Assembly: GCA_050176815.1 (NCBI GenBank)
Contig: JBFXHR010000009.1
Location: 11,673-75,672, forward strand
Direction of reading: 5' to 3'
Source of the DNA: Kiritimatiellia bacterium
GTDB lineage: Bacteria > Verrucomicrobiota > Kiritimatiellia > CAIQIC01 > Lenti-01
Length of the DNA stretch: 64,000 bases
Of this stretch, positions 41,405 to 50,734 are shown one piece after another. The notes beneath the pieces were generated by a model, which worked only from the letters and a program-made list of their open reading frames with translations, made no database searches and had not been told where the DNA came from. Position numbers and translations under genes: made by a program. The first letter of the stretch is position 1; each line of letters begins with the position of its first letter.

Positions 41405-42577
41405 TCAGCGCGCGGCGATCCACGGGATCGCCACGAACGTGCCCACGCTGGCGCCGACGTTCGTCGTCGCCACCACCAGGAGAATCCGCACGACCGGGTT
41501 CCGGACGAATTTCCGCAGGCTTTCCATGGCTTCCGGCAGGGCTTCGAAATCCGCCACCGACGGCGGCCGGATCCATGCCTCCACCAGCCCCGCCACCCAT
41601 CCGGCCGCCAGCGCCGGATGCAGCGTCGTGAGCGGCGCCGCCAGGAAGGCCGACAGCACCGTCAGCGGATGCGGCCACGCCAGCAGGGCTCCCAGCGCGG
41701 CCAGCGCGCCGGTCACGCCCACCCAGATGGCGATGGAGTCGATGCCGCGCTCCGCCCCGCCCTGGAAAAATCCCCATGCGATCAACGCCAGCACGCCGGC
41801 GGGAATCAACCACGGCCAGATTTTCGACCACCGGGAAGGCGGCGGCAGGCTTTCCAGTTCGGCCACCGGAACGTCCGACTGGATCGCCTTCAGCATCCCC
41901 GGCACGTGCCCGGCGCCCACCACCGCGACGATGCATTGGCCCGTCGATGCCCGCAGCTTCTGCGCCAGATAGACGTCGCGCTCGTCGATCAGGCGCTTCT
42001 TGATTTCCGGAAAGGCCTTCCCCATCTGCCCCATCAGCGCTTCGAGCTGGTCCTGGTTCTTCAGCGCTTCGACGTCTTCGCCCGCGATCTCTTCCGAGGA
42101 AAACATCGCCTCGACCATCACTCCGAACAATTTCACCCGGTGCCAAAAACCCAGATGCCGCCACACGCGCTTGAGGGTAACGTCGATCCGGCGATCGATC
42201 AGTTCGAGCTTCGCCCCGGTTTCCTCCGCGCAAGCCGCGCCGGCCATCATCTCCGCGCCCGGCTCCACCTCCAGATGCTTGCCGAGACGCCGGTAAAAGG
42301 ACTGCATCACCAGCTGGGCCAGGAGGAACATCGCCTTCCCCTGCCGGATCACCTGGAAGACGTTCGTATGCCGCCAGGCCTCCTTCTTCGCCAGGCCCTG
42401 GTAGCGCGGCTCGCACAGCTCGATGGCCACGACGTCGGGCCGGACGGCGGCCACGGCGTCGCGGACGTCCTGCACGCTTTTCGCCGACACGTGGGCCGTG
42501 CCGACGATATAGACGATTTTGCCCTCCAGCTCCACTCGCGTGGCGCCGGAGGGCAAAGGAGAACCCGATCCCTGCAT
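41405..42577 (-). CDS. TraB/PrgY/GumN family protein
   Basis: VGTAHVS, IELCEPR, PGAEM, LIDERD, VVGAGH, C-terminal TM helices. Confidence 0.92.
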   Translation of the reverse strand: MQGSGSPLPSGATRVELEGKIVYIVGTAHVSAKSVQDVRDAVAAVRPDVVAIELCEPRYQGLAKKEAWRHTNVFQVIRQGKAMFLLAQLVMQSFYRRLGKHLEVEPGAEMMAGAACAEETGAKLELIDRRIDVTLKRVWRHLGFWHRVKLFGVMVEAMFSSEEIAGEDVEALKNQDQLEALMGQMGKAFPEIKKRLIDERDVYLAQKLRASTGQCIVAVVGAGHVPGMLKAIQSDVPVAELESLPPPSRWSKIWPWLIPAGVLALIAWGFFQGGAERGIDSIAIWVGVTGALAALGALLAWPHPLTVLSAFLAAPLTTLHPALAAGWVAGLVEAWIRPPSVADFEALPEAMESLRKFVRNPVVRILLVVATTNVGASVGTFVAIPWIAAR

Positions 42578-42589
42578 GGGAACGGCGGG

Positions 42590-43858
42590 TTACTCGCCGC
42601 CCTTGCGGATATAGATGTCCGTGCGGCGGTTGCGCTGCATGTTTTCTTCGGTGTCGTTCGGCGCGAGCGGACGGTCGAAACCGAAGCCCACTGCCTTCAC
42701 GTTGGCCGGACTGATGCCGCTGTTTTCGACCAGATAGTCCTTGACCGCGTTGGCGCGCCGTTCGCTCAGCCGCTGGTTGTATTCGCGGGTGGATTTCGCG
42801 CGCTTGTCCGCATGGCCTTCCACGGTTACCGTGGCGTTCGGATCCCGGCGCAGCACCTTCACCACCGGCTCCAGATCCTTGAAGTACTGCGGGCGGATGA
42901 AGGACTTGTCGTAGTCGAACTCGATCAGCAGCGAGAACTTCTGCAAGTCGTCCGCGGGATCCAGCGGATTGGTGCTGTCCTCGATGACTTCGTGCCCGTC
43001 GCTCACGCCGCCCTTGTCCGTGTCGGGATCCAAGGCGTTGGTCTTGTAGGTCAGCACTTCCGCGCCGTCCTTCAGGCCGTCGAAATCGCTGTCGGGATTG
43101 AGGGGGTCGGTCTTCTGCTTGAAATACTCGTCGCCGTCCGACAGCCCGTCGCCGTCCGTGTCCGGATTGTAGGGATCGGTGCCGATGGCCGCCTCGTCCT
43201 TGTCGAACAGGCCGTCGCCGTCGCTGTCCACGTCGCCGGGGCCCGCGCCCACGGCGAATTCCGGAGCGACGTATTTTTCGGCGCCGAACCGATAGCTCAC
43301 GCCCACTTCCGCCAAGGCGGTGAATTCCCAGTCGTCGCCTTGCGCGCCCGCCACCACGTCGCCGCGCAGCGCCCAGGAGTCGTTGAAATGGTAGAACAGG
43401 CCCGCGCCCGCGAACATGCCGAATTGCGTCTTGCCGTTGGCCATCTCGTCGCCGAAGAAAGTGACGGCCGGGCCCGCGCGCAGGAACGGATCGATGCGGC
43501 GGTTTTCCAGCGCGCGCAGATGCAAGAGGGCATCCAAGCTCAGCCGCAGGGCCGTCGTGTCGTCGTCCAACGCGTAATCGTCGTTGTTGAGCTCGCTGGC
43601 ATCCCGCGCGGAAAGCGCCGGCATGTAGTTCAGGGAGCCCTCGACGTCCCACCAGGAATTGAGGCTGTAGCCCGCCTTGCCGAAAAAGCCGATGCCCGGC
43701 TCGACCTCGACGTCGCCTTCCAGATGGTAATAGTCCAGGCCCAGCGTGCCGAACCACGGCGCGCGCTCGAACAAATCCTCGTCCGCCGCCACCGCCGGCC
43801 CCGCCGCGAAGGACACGGACGCCAAGACCGCCAATACGCATTTCATTGTTTTCATCAT
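42590..43858 (-). CDS. OmpA-family outer membrane protein with Ca-binding repeats
   Basis: Signal peptide, beta-barrel region, four D(S/T)DxxG-type repeats, EGHAD...YNQRLSERRA...NRRTD. Confidence 0.9.
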   Translation of the reverse strand: MMKTMKCVLAVLASVSFAAGPAVAADEDLFERAPWFGTLGLDYYHLEGDVEVEPGIGFFGKAGYSLNSWWDVEGSLNYMPALSARDASELNNDDYALDDDTTALRLSLDALLHLRALENRRIDPFLRAGPAVTFFGDEMANGKTQFGMFAGAGLFYHFNDSWALRGDVVAGAQGDDWEFTALAEVGVSYRFGAEKYVAPEFAVGAGPGDVDSDGDGLFDKDEAAIGTDPYNPDTDGDGLSDGDEYFKQKTDPLNPDSDFDGLKDGAEVLTYKTNALDPDTDKGGVSDGHEVIEDSTNPLDPADDLQKFSLLIEFDYDKSFIRPQYFKDLEPVVKVLRRDPNATVTVEGHADKRAKSTREYNQRLSERRANAVKDYLVENSGISPANVKAVGFGFDRPLAPNDTEENMQRNRRTDIYIRKGGE

Positions 43859-43950
43859 CTGCAGAACTCCCTGTTCAAAGATTGCCGGGGAACCATACCG
43901 ACCCGGCCCCCCCCCGCGCAATCAAAAACGAGGGAAAAGGAATCGCGCGC

Positions 43951-45939
43951 CTAATCCATTCGTTCCAGGCGGAAGTCCCGGACCAGCAGCGCTCCCCCCC
44001 GGCTCAGGTTCTTCCATTCGATCGAGCGAACGCCCGGCGGCAAATCCAGTTCGAAGTTCTTCTCGGTCAACTGCCCCGCCGGAAACGCCAGAGGCGATCG
44101 CTCGCCGATCCGGACCGTCTGGGTTTCCCCCATGGCAGCCGCAACGACCATTCCCCGCATCTTCAGGGGGGCGCCGCGCAAATTGTGGACCTCCATGGTG
44201 GCCCCGCCCTCCAACACGCGGTAGTCCGAAAAATCGCCCTGTTGCCACGGCTTGAAGAGCTGCCAACCTTTGCCGAAAAACCACGCGGCGTCCTTCCCGG
44301 CGACTTGGGCCCGCGCCGCGACGTCTTCATGGGTATCGTAGAAAATCTCCGTCTCCACCCGGTTGGTTTCCGAATAGTACTCTTCCATCGGGGCAAAACC
44401 CGTGTCGCGCAGCCAAAGGCCCGCCGCGTTGGCGACGATGGCGCGGCGCTTGAACCAGGTCTCCGGCCACGTCCAAAGGCCCATCCGTTTTTCGTGGTTG
44501 CGGGCGAGCCGGATGAACGCCTGCGCGCCGTTCCGCTCGAACAGATCCTTGGTCACCTGGCGCCAGTTGCCCTTCACGTAGTTTTGATAAGGCTCGTCCG
44601 GCACCGTGAACGACACAAACACGTTGGTGGCGGGATAAAACCCCATCTCGCACCACGGCTCGAACCACCGATCCACGATGGCGACGTCTCCCGGCGACAG
44701 ATTTTCGTCCAGCCACTGCTGGATGTGGCGATAGGCCGCCGGCTTTCCATCCAGCCTCGTCACTTGCAGCGCCGGATAAAACAGCGCCCCGGCGACCGCC
44801 AGGACACATCCCGCCATGCCCCACTTCCGCGTTTTCTCCCTCCAAAGCGCCCAGAAGCGATCCACGATCAACGCCGCCCAGACAATCAGCGCGGGAGCAG
44901 GCGCCGACAAATAGACCCATTTCCCCTTGCCTCCGCCGACCAATCCCACGTACGCCAAGGCCGCCGCCAGTCCCATCCAAACGGTCCAGCCCAGGAGGGC
45001 AACGGCATCCCTGTCTTTCGTGTCCGCTTTTCGGCGGCGCCACCAGACGAACAGGCCCGCCGCGAGCGTCGCGCCGACCAATCCCCACCCGATCCAATTC
45101 GCGCCCCCGACAAAGATCGCCAGCGTCCGCGAAACGATCCAGTTCAGCGAAAATCCGACGTGTGTCAGTTCGGGATCGCGGGCCGAGTTGGCGGCTTCCA
45201 GCCTCATCTCCTGAACGGCGCGGAAAATCCAGCGGCTCATGGCCAGCAGCAGCAGCGCGCCCGTGCCGCTCCACCAGGCGAAGAAAGTTTTCCGACGTTG
45301 TCCGGACAGCCCCTGCCAACCCGCCCACGCCAGCATACAGGCCATCATGCCCGCCACCGCCCAGGCCGACATGTGCGACAAGCAGGTTCCCATCACGAGA
45401 AGAAACCAGGCCGTCCAAGCCCGGCCTTTCGGGATGTCGCCCGCCCGCAAGCGCTGGGCCATATCCACCGTATGCAGGATCATCCCAGTCGCGAAAAACA
45501 TCATCAGGCCATAGTAATAGGCGCTTCGCGCGTGGAAGACGTGGAACGGCGCCAACCCCAGCCAAATGGCCGCCAGCAAGGCCGCCCATCTACTCCCTCT
45601 TTTCCATGCCCAGCCCGCGCCGAGCGCGACCGTGAACCAGCCCAGCCAGGCGAAAGGCTCCCGGACCAGGCCTTCGTCCACCGTTCGCCACGGCTGGGCC
45701 TTGGTCCAAACAACCGGAATGGAATCCGCCAAGGGAATCTGGTTGCGGAAGGGCGGATGCCTCCACAATTCCACCACGGACATGCCTTCCTTCGCGTAAC
45801 GCATCAGGTTCAGCTCATCCGCCCGGGTAGCCGCCCGTGCCAGATCCGCAAACCGGACCCACCCCGCCAGCGCCAGCGCCGCCAGCAGGACCAGCGCCCA
45901 AGGCCAGCCCAAACGCTTATTCATCCGATCCGTTTTCAT
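43951..45939 (-). CDS. Polytopic membrane glycosyltransferase (GT-C/PMT-like)
   Basis: Acidic DE pair in the first loop (RADE), LAPFHVFHARSAYYY, many TM helices, soluble C-terminal domain. Confidence 0.6.
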   Translation of the reverse strand: MKTDRMNKRLGWPWALVLLAALALAGWVRFADLARAATRADELNLMRYAKEGMSVVELWRHPPFRNQIPLADSIPVVWTKAQPWRTVDEGLVREPFAWLGWFTVALGAGWAWKRGSRWAALLAAIWLGLAPFHVFHARSAYYYGLMMFFATGMILHTVDMAQRLRAGDIPKGRAWTAWFLLVMGTCLSHMSAWAVAGMMACMLAWAGWQGLSGQRRKTFFAWWSGTGALLLLAMSRWIFRAVQEMRLEAANSARDPELTHVGFSLNWIVSRTLAIFVGGANWIGWGLVGATLAAGLFVWWRRRKADTKDRDAVALLGWTVWMGLAAALAYVGLVGGGKGKWVYLSAPAPALIVWAALIVDRFWALWREKTRKWGMAGCVLAVAGALFYPALQVTRLDGKPAAYRHIQQWLDENLSPGDVAIVDRWFEPWCEMGFYPATNVFVSFTVPDEPYQNYVKGNWRQVTKDLFERNGAQAFIRLARNHEKRMGLWTWPETWFKRRAIVANAAGLWLRDTGFAPMEEYYSETNRVETEIFYDTHEDVAARAQVAGKDAAWFFGKGWQLFKPWQQGDFSDYRVLEGGATMEVHNLRGAPLKMRGMVVAAAMGETQTVRIGERSPLAFPAGQLTEKNFELDLPPGVRSIEWKNLSRGGALLVRDFRLERMD

Positions 45940-45972
45940 GGGGAAGGAACCACGGCCCGCATGTCCGCCGCC

Positions 45973-47103
45973 TCAACGGCACTCGCGGAAAATCCGGCAG
46001 TTCTTGCAGCACGCGGGGAATTTGCCCGACCGCAGGGTTTTGACGAAATTGCGGTAGCGGTCCGAATACCAGATGTCGTGGAAATCTTCCTCGAACAAGT
46101 TGCCGAAGCTGGTTTGGACCTGGTAGTCGCGCTCGTTGGCCTCGTTGATCGCGCAGCAGCATTGGACGTGGCCGCTGGACAGGACGAACGGTTGCGTCCA
46201 GCGCATGCACTCCACGACCGGACGATCCCGGGTGACATTGTCGTTCCAGACGGAATAGATGCCGAGCTCCTTGCAGCGGCGATCGATCTCCTCCCGCGTC
46301 TCGGGCGCAACCGCAACCTCCATGTCCCGGGTTTTGTCGAAGGCCATGAGGGCGGTCCAGTAGATCATGGTGCCGTTGCGCTGCGTGTCGCCCGCCAGGT
46401 CCTTGACCAGGTCGACGTACGGCAGCATTTCCCCCGCGTTCAATTTGCTGATGATGAAGTGGAACCAGACCTCCGGGATCGGACGGCCCGACTCCTTCTT
46501 CAGCCGCATCAAGAGCCGGATGTTGTTCTTCACCCGGTCGAAATCGGCGCCGACGCGGATCTGCTCGTAGGTCGCCTTGGTCGCCGCTTCCATGGAAATC
46601 CAGATCTTGTCCATCTGGTAGCTGAGCAAGGTGCGCAGATCCTCTTCCTTGACGCGGTCGAACGAGTCGAACATCTCCGTGTAGACGTCGCGCGACTTGA
46701 CGTATTGGATCATGCGGAGGAAATCCTTGTTGAGAAAACTCCCGCCGATTCCGGTGGTCCCGATCCATTTGAGCTTGGGGAATTGATCCACCACCCGCTT
46801 GAACTCGTCGAACGTCATGTCGCGCGGCGGCAGCTTCCAGTACGTATGTTCGCACATGGGACAGCGCAGGTGGCAGCGCGTGGTGTTTTCCACTTCGATC
46901 TGCCACGGATAGGGATTGAGCTTCGGGAATCGGCGCCAGATCGGATCCAGCAGGGCCAAGCCGGAATCCCGCGAAAAGGCGCAGACGAACAGGAAATGGC
47001 ACAGCATCCGCCACTGCCCCGTCCGCAGATAGTACCCGATGGTCCGCAGGCGGAATTTCACATACCCCAGCACGCGCAATCGACCGCTTCTCAATAAACT
47101 CAT
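45973..47103 (-). CDS. Radical SAM/SPASM-twitch protein
   Basis: CHLRCPMC; C-terminal C..W...GHVQCCC...FGN...CKNC. Confidence 0.9.
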   Translation of the reverse strand: MSLLRSGRLRVLGYVKFRLRTIGYYLRTGQWRMLCHFLFVCAFSRDSGLALLDPIWRRFPKLNPYPWQIEVENTTRCHLRCPMCEHTYWKLPPRDMTFDEFKRVVDQFPKLKWIGTTGIGGSFLNKDFLRMIQYVKSRDVYTEMFDSFDRVKEEDLRTLLSYQMDKIWISMEAATKATYEQIRVGADFDRVKNNIRLLMRLKKESGRPIPEVWFHFIISKLNAGEMLPYVDLVKDLAGDTQRNGTMIYWTALMAFDKTRDMEVAVAPETREEIDRRCKELGIYSVWNDNVTRDRPVVECMRWTQPFVLSSGHVQCCCAINEANERDYQVQTSFGNLFEEDFHDIWYSDRYRNFVKTLRSGKFPACCKNCRIFRECR

Positions 47104-48401
47104 GTTCGCTCCATTTGGTTCGCCGGGGCTTCCCCTGGCATTCCGAAATCATAAACCTCCAGCGATTCCCGCGCAATGCGCCGGGAATCGCACGTTTCCT
47201 CGACTTTGCGGCGGGCCGCCTGCGCCACGCCCGCCAAATCCACCTGTCCCTTCAGCACGGGGATCAGCTTGCCGGCCAAGGCGACGGCATCCGTCGGCGG
47301 AAACAGCCAGCCGGTTTTCCCGTCTTCGACGTATTCGGGAATCCCGCCGATCCGGCTGGCGACGACGGGCCGGCCCAGCATCATGGCCTCGATCATCAGC
47401 AGCGGCGACATGTTTTCGAACTGTTCGGGAATCACGACCGCGGAGGCGGCAAGCAGTTCCCGCTGGACCGCCTCGGGCGGCAGGTGTCCCAGAAAGGTCA
47501 CGCAATCGTCCAGTCCGTTGGCGCGAACGTATTTCTTCAAGTCGGCCCGGTAATCGGCGTCGAATTTGGTTTCCGCCCCCGCCACCCGCAGATGGACGCC
47601 GGGAACCGCCGCCCGCAGGGCCGGCAGGGCGCGCAGCAAGACGTGCAGGCCCTTGCGCTTCTGGAGCCACCCGGCGAAAAAAATGCGCCCCGGCACCGGC
47701 GGGACCGCCGTGCCGGACGTCTCCGCTTCGAATTCCAGCGGCAGCGTCAGCCGCACCACCCGGATCCGGTCCGGGGAAATGCCGTAATCCACCAACACCG
47801 AACGGGAATGCTCGGAAAGCGCCACCCAGCGGTCCACCATTTGCAGGTAGCGGTCGAAAACCCGCTTGCGATTCTTGAGCAACAGCCGCTGCACGCCCCG
47901 CCATTCCGGCGGCAGGCAATCCAGGCAGTGCGGGCCGTGGAAGCGGCGGCACGTCTCGTCCCGGCCGGTCAACAGCATCACGTTGGGGCAAAACATCCAG
48001 TAGTCGTAGACCGTATAGCAGATCCGCGCGCCCGCTTCCTTCGCCAGGCGGATGAGATCGAGACCCAGGAACTGGAAGTTGTGGAAGTGGACCGTCTCCG
48101 GGCGCACCTGGGCGAGAACGCGGCGGAAATCGGCGGCCACCAGGGGATCCGTTTGCCAGCGGTACCATTTGACCGGCTCCAGATAGCGCGCCATTCGCCG
48201 GGGAAGGAAATCCTCGACCCGCCGCAGGAAATAATGGGGATATTCCGCTTGCGGACGGGGCAGGTCGCTCCGGAGCGTGGCCAGCGCGTTCTGGACCCCT
48301 TGCTCCTGCAGCATCCGCACAGTGCGGAACAGCGCGTTTTCCGCCCCGCCCAGATGCGCATGCAATCCGCGGAAATAATTGGCGACGTGCAGCACCCGCA
48401 T
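47100..48401 (-). CDS. Glycosyltransferase family 4
   Basis: GGAE, HFHN, DYWMFCP, KRKG, ENMSPLLMIEAM, SRIGGIPE. Confidence 0.9.
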   Translation of the reverse strand: MRVLHVANYFRGLHAHLGGAENALFRTVRMLQEQGVQNALATLRSDLPRPQAEYPHYFLRRVEDFLPRRMARYLEPVKWYRWQTDPLVAADFRRVLAQVRPETVHFHNFQFLGLDLIRLAKEAGARICYTVYDYWMFCPNVMLLTGRDETCRRFHGPHCLDCLPPEWRGVQRLLLKNRKRVFDRYLQMVDRWVALSEHSRSVLVDYGISPDRIRVVRLTLPLEFEAETSGTAVPPVPGRIFFAGWLQKRKGLHVLLRALPALRAAVPGVHLRVAGAETKFDADYRADLKKYVRANGLDDCVTFLGHLPPEAVQRELLAASAVVIPEQFENMSPLLMIEAMMLGRPVVASRIGGIPEYVEDGKTGWLFPPTDAVALAGKLIPVLKGQVDLAGVAQAARRKVEETCDSRRIARESLEVYDFGMPGEAPANQMERT

Positions 48402-49823
48402 CTAGACCCGCCCGCGAAAAAGGCGCTTGAAGAAGTTCAGCACGTAGCGCCGATGGTAGGCGCCGAAGAAAATGCGGCGCACGTGTACCGGAAACCGCCA
48501 GGGGTCGTAGCGCAGCAAATAGCCGACCAACACCAGGACGTGGTACCATCGAGGCCGGCTCGGGAACAGGCAGGCGTACGAGAACCCCTGGATGTTTCCC
48601 AAATAGAACATCTTTACGCGTTGCGCCCGGGGATAGTCCGGGGTCTCGATCAACGGCGTAGGCCGGACGAAAAACGAGGTGTTGCGATAGTCCCCCAGCC
48701 ACTGCGCATGCGCCTGGGCCCAGTCCCAAAACGGGGTGTGGGGGAACGGACTGGCTAGGCTCCACAAGGCCTCGTCCAGGCCCAGCCGCCGCGCGCGGCG
48801 CAAGGTTTCGCGATCCTTGGCGTAGGTGCTGCCGGGCAGTCCCGCGATGAAAAAACCGCACACGCGCAATCCAGCGCCCCGAGCCCAGGACACAGCGTTT
48901 AAAACGGATTGGAGCTCCTCCCCCTTCTGGATGGCGTGAAACAGCTCCGGATCCAGGGTCTCGATCCCGAACCAGATCACGTCGCATCCGGCTTGCTTCA
49001 TGAGCCCCAGCAGTTCCGGATCCACCCGGTCGGCGCGGATGCCGTTGATGCAGCTCCAAATCAAATCCAGCTTTTGCGCAGCCATCTGCCGGCAGATGTC
49101 CTTGGCCCGGTTCATCCACAGAGTGAAGTTGTCGTCCGCGATCACGAAGCGGGTCACCCCGTACTCGGTCCGGGCGTTGCGCAGCTCTGCCAAAATGTTC
49201 GCCGGAGAGCGGTAGCGCCAGGCCCGGCCGCTGACCTTGTTGACGGAACAATAAATGCAGTCGTAGGGACAGCCCCGGCTGGTCACCAGGGGATAGCGGT
49301 CGGCGATGAGCCCCCGGGTGTCGAAAACCGTAAAGTCGGGCGGCGGCAATTCATCCAGCTTTTTGGCATAGGACAGCGGATTGCAGCGGACCTTCCCGTC
49401 CCGCCGATAGCACAAGCCCGGAATCCCTTCGAAATCCACCTCGGGAAAGCGGCTGCAAAACGCCACCAGAGACCATTCGGCTTCGCCCATGATCGCATAG
49501 TCGTACTCGGCGTTTTGTTCGAGAAACGAAGATTTTTCCAGCGTAACTTCCGGCCCCCCGCCCACCACCGGAATTCCCGCCCGCTGGAGCTGCGCGGCGA
49601 TCTCGCCGGCCGCCACCAGCGTGCGCGTCTTGATGGAAAGCCCCGCCAACGCCGGGCGCCAGGCGATCGCCTGTTCGATCCGCTCCTGCCGGGCATTGGA
49701 ATCGTTGTTCAGATCGCAGACGCGAACCTCATGTCCGGCATGCCGCAAGGCGCCGGCCAGATAGGCCAGCCCGGCATTGAAGCCGGAAACGTCTCCCGGA
49801 GGATCGAAAAGCGCGATTTTCAT
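48402..49823 (-). CDS. Cobalamin-binding radical SAM protein
   Basis: GLAYLAG, GGPE, GEAE, TSRGCPYDCIYC, DDNFT, FGIE, FIAGLP. Confidence 0.92.
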   Translation of the reverse strand: MKIALFDPPGDVSGFNAGLAYLAGALRHAGHEVRVCDLNNDSNARQERIEQAIAWRPALAGLSIKTRTLVAAGEIAAQLQRAGIPVVGGGPEVTLEKSSFLEQNAEYDYAIMGEAEWSLVAFCSRFPEVDFEGIPGLCYRRDGKVRCNPLSYAKKLDELPPPDFTVFDTRGLIADRYPLVTSRGCPYDCIYCSVNKVSGRAWRYRSPANILAELRNARTEYGVTRFVIADDNFTLWMNRAKDICRQMAAQKLDLIWSCINGIRADRVDPELLGLMKQAGCDVIWFGIETLDPELFHAIQKGEELQSVLNAVSWARGAGLRVCGFFIAGLPGSTYAKDRETLRRARRLGLDEALWSLASPFPHTPFWDWAQAHAQWLGDYRNTSFFVRPTPLIETPDYPRAQRVKMFYLGNIQGFSYACLFPSRPRWYHVLVLVGYLLRYDPWRFPVHVRRIFFGAYHRRYVLNFFKRLFRGRV

Positions 49824-49872
49824 GCGAAAACAGATTGAGTTCCAATGAGAAAGGACTTTTAATGGGCGCGGT

Positions 49873-50649
49873 ATGCAAAAAGCAATCACAAAAGCGCTGA
49901 TTCCCGCCGCCGGTGCCGGCAAACGGATGGGATATTTAAGCGGCATCCTGCCCAAGTGCCTGTTTCCCCTCGCCGAAAAACCCATCCTCCACCATGCCGT
50001 CGAAAACGCCATGCGGCTGGGCGCCCGCGACTTCGTGATCGTCACCCACTTCAAAGAAGACCTTCTTCGCGACTACTGCACCGAAACCCTGGTCCCGGAA
50101 TTGGGCATCCAGGTCGAGTTCGTGCACCAGGAGAAATTGACTGGCCTGGCGGACGCCATCCTCCTCGGCCGGCCATTTATCCAGGAGCCCTTCGTCGTCG
50201 TCCTTGGAGACGACTACACCGCCGCCACGGATTTCGACAATCTGCTCGAGTCCTTTTTCGCGCACAAGGACGCCATCGTGCTCGAAGGCATCGTTCCGGA
50301 ACCCAGCCGCGCGCAATTGTCGGGGACCTGTTGCGTCGAACGGGCGCCCGACGGGCGCATGCTGCGTATCCAGGAAAAGCCCCGCGAACCCTTCTCCGAA
50401 TTCCGCGGAACCGGCTTCTATCTATTCCGGCCGGACGTTTTCGACGCGATCGAAAACACGCCCGTCACGCCCCAGCGCCACGAGCGGGAAATCACGGAGA
50501 CCATCCGCCTGCTGGCGGAGTCCGGCCACGCCTACGCGGAATTCCTCCGCGGGATCAACCTGAACATCAACACCTTCGACGACCTGCTCAACGCCTGGAA
50601 CACCCATGCGCGCATCGCCGATTTCCTCCGGGCCTTCCAATGCCGATAG
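49873..50649 (+). CDS. Sugar-phosphate nucleotidyltransferase
   Basis: IPAAGAGKR...PKCL, GLADAI, LGDD, EKP, EITE. Confidence 0.9.
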   Translation: MQKAITKALIPAAGAGKRMGYLSGILPKCLFPLAEKPILHHAVENAMRLGARDFVIVTHFKEDLLRDYCTETLVPELGIQVEFVHQEKLTGLADAILLGRPFIQEPFVVVLGDDYTAATDFDNLLESFFAHKDAIVLEGIVPEPSRAQLSGTCCVERAPDGRMLRIQEKPREPFSEFRGTGFYLFRPDVFDAIENTPVTPQRHEREITETIRLLAESGHAYAEFLRGINLNINTFDDLLNAWNTHARIADFLRAFQCR

Positions 50650-50734
50650 CTCGCCTCCCCGCGCCCGGGGATTGATCCCCCCCCCCGCTCTCGCGAAATA
50701 GGCGGCGACGGAACGGCGACAACGCGTCCCGGCG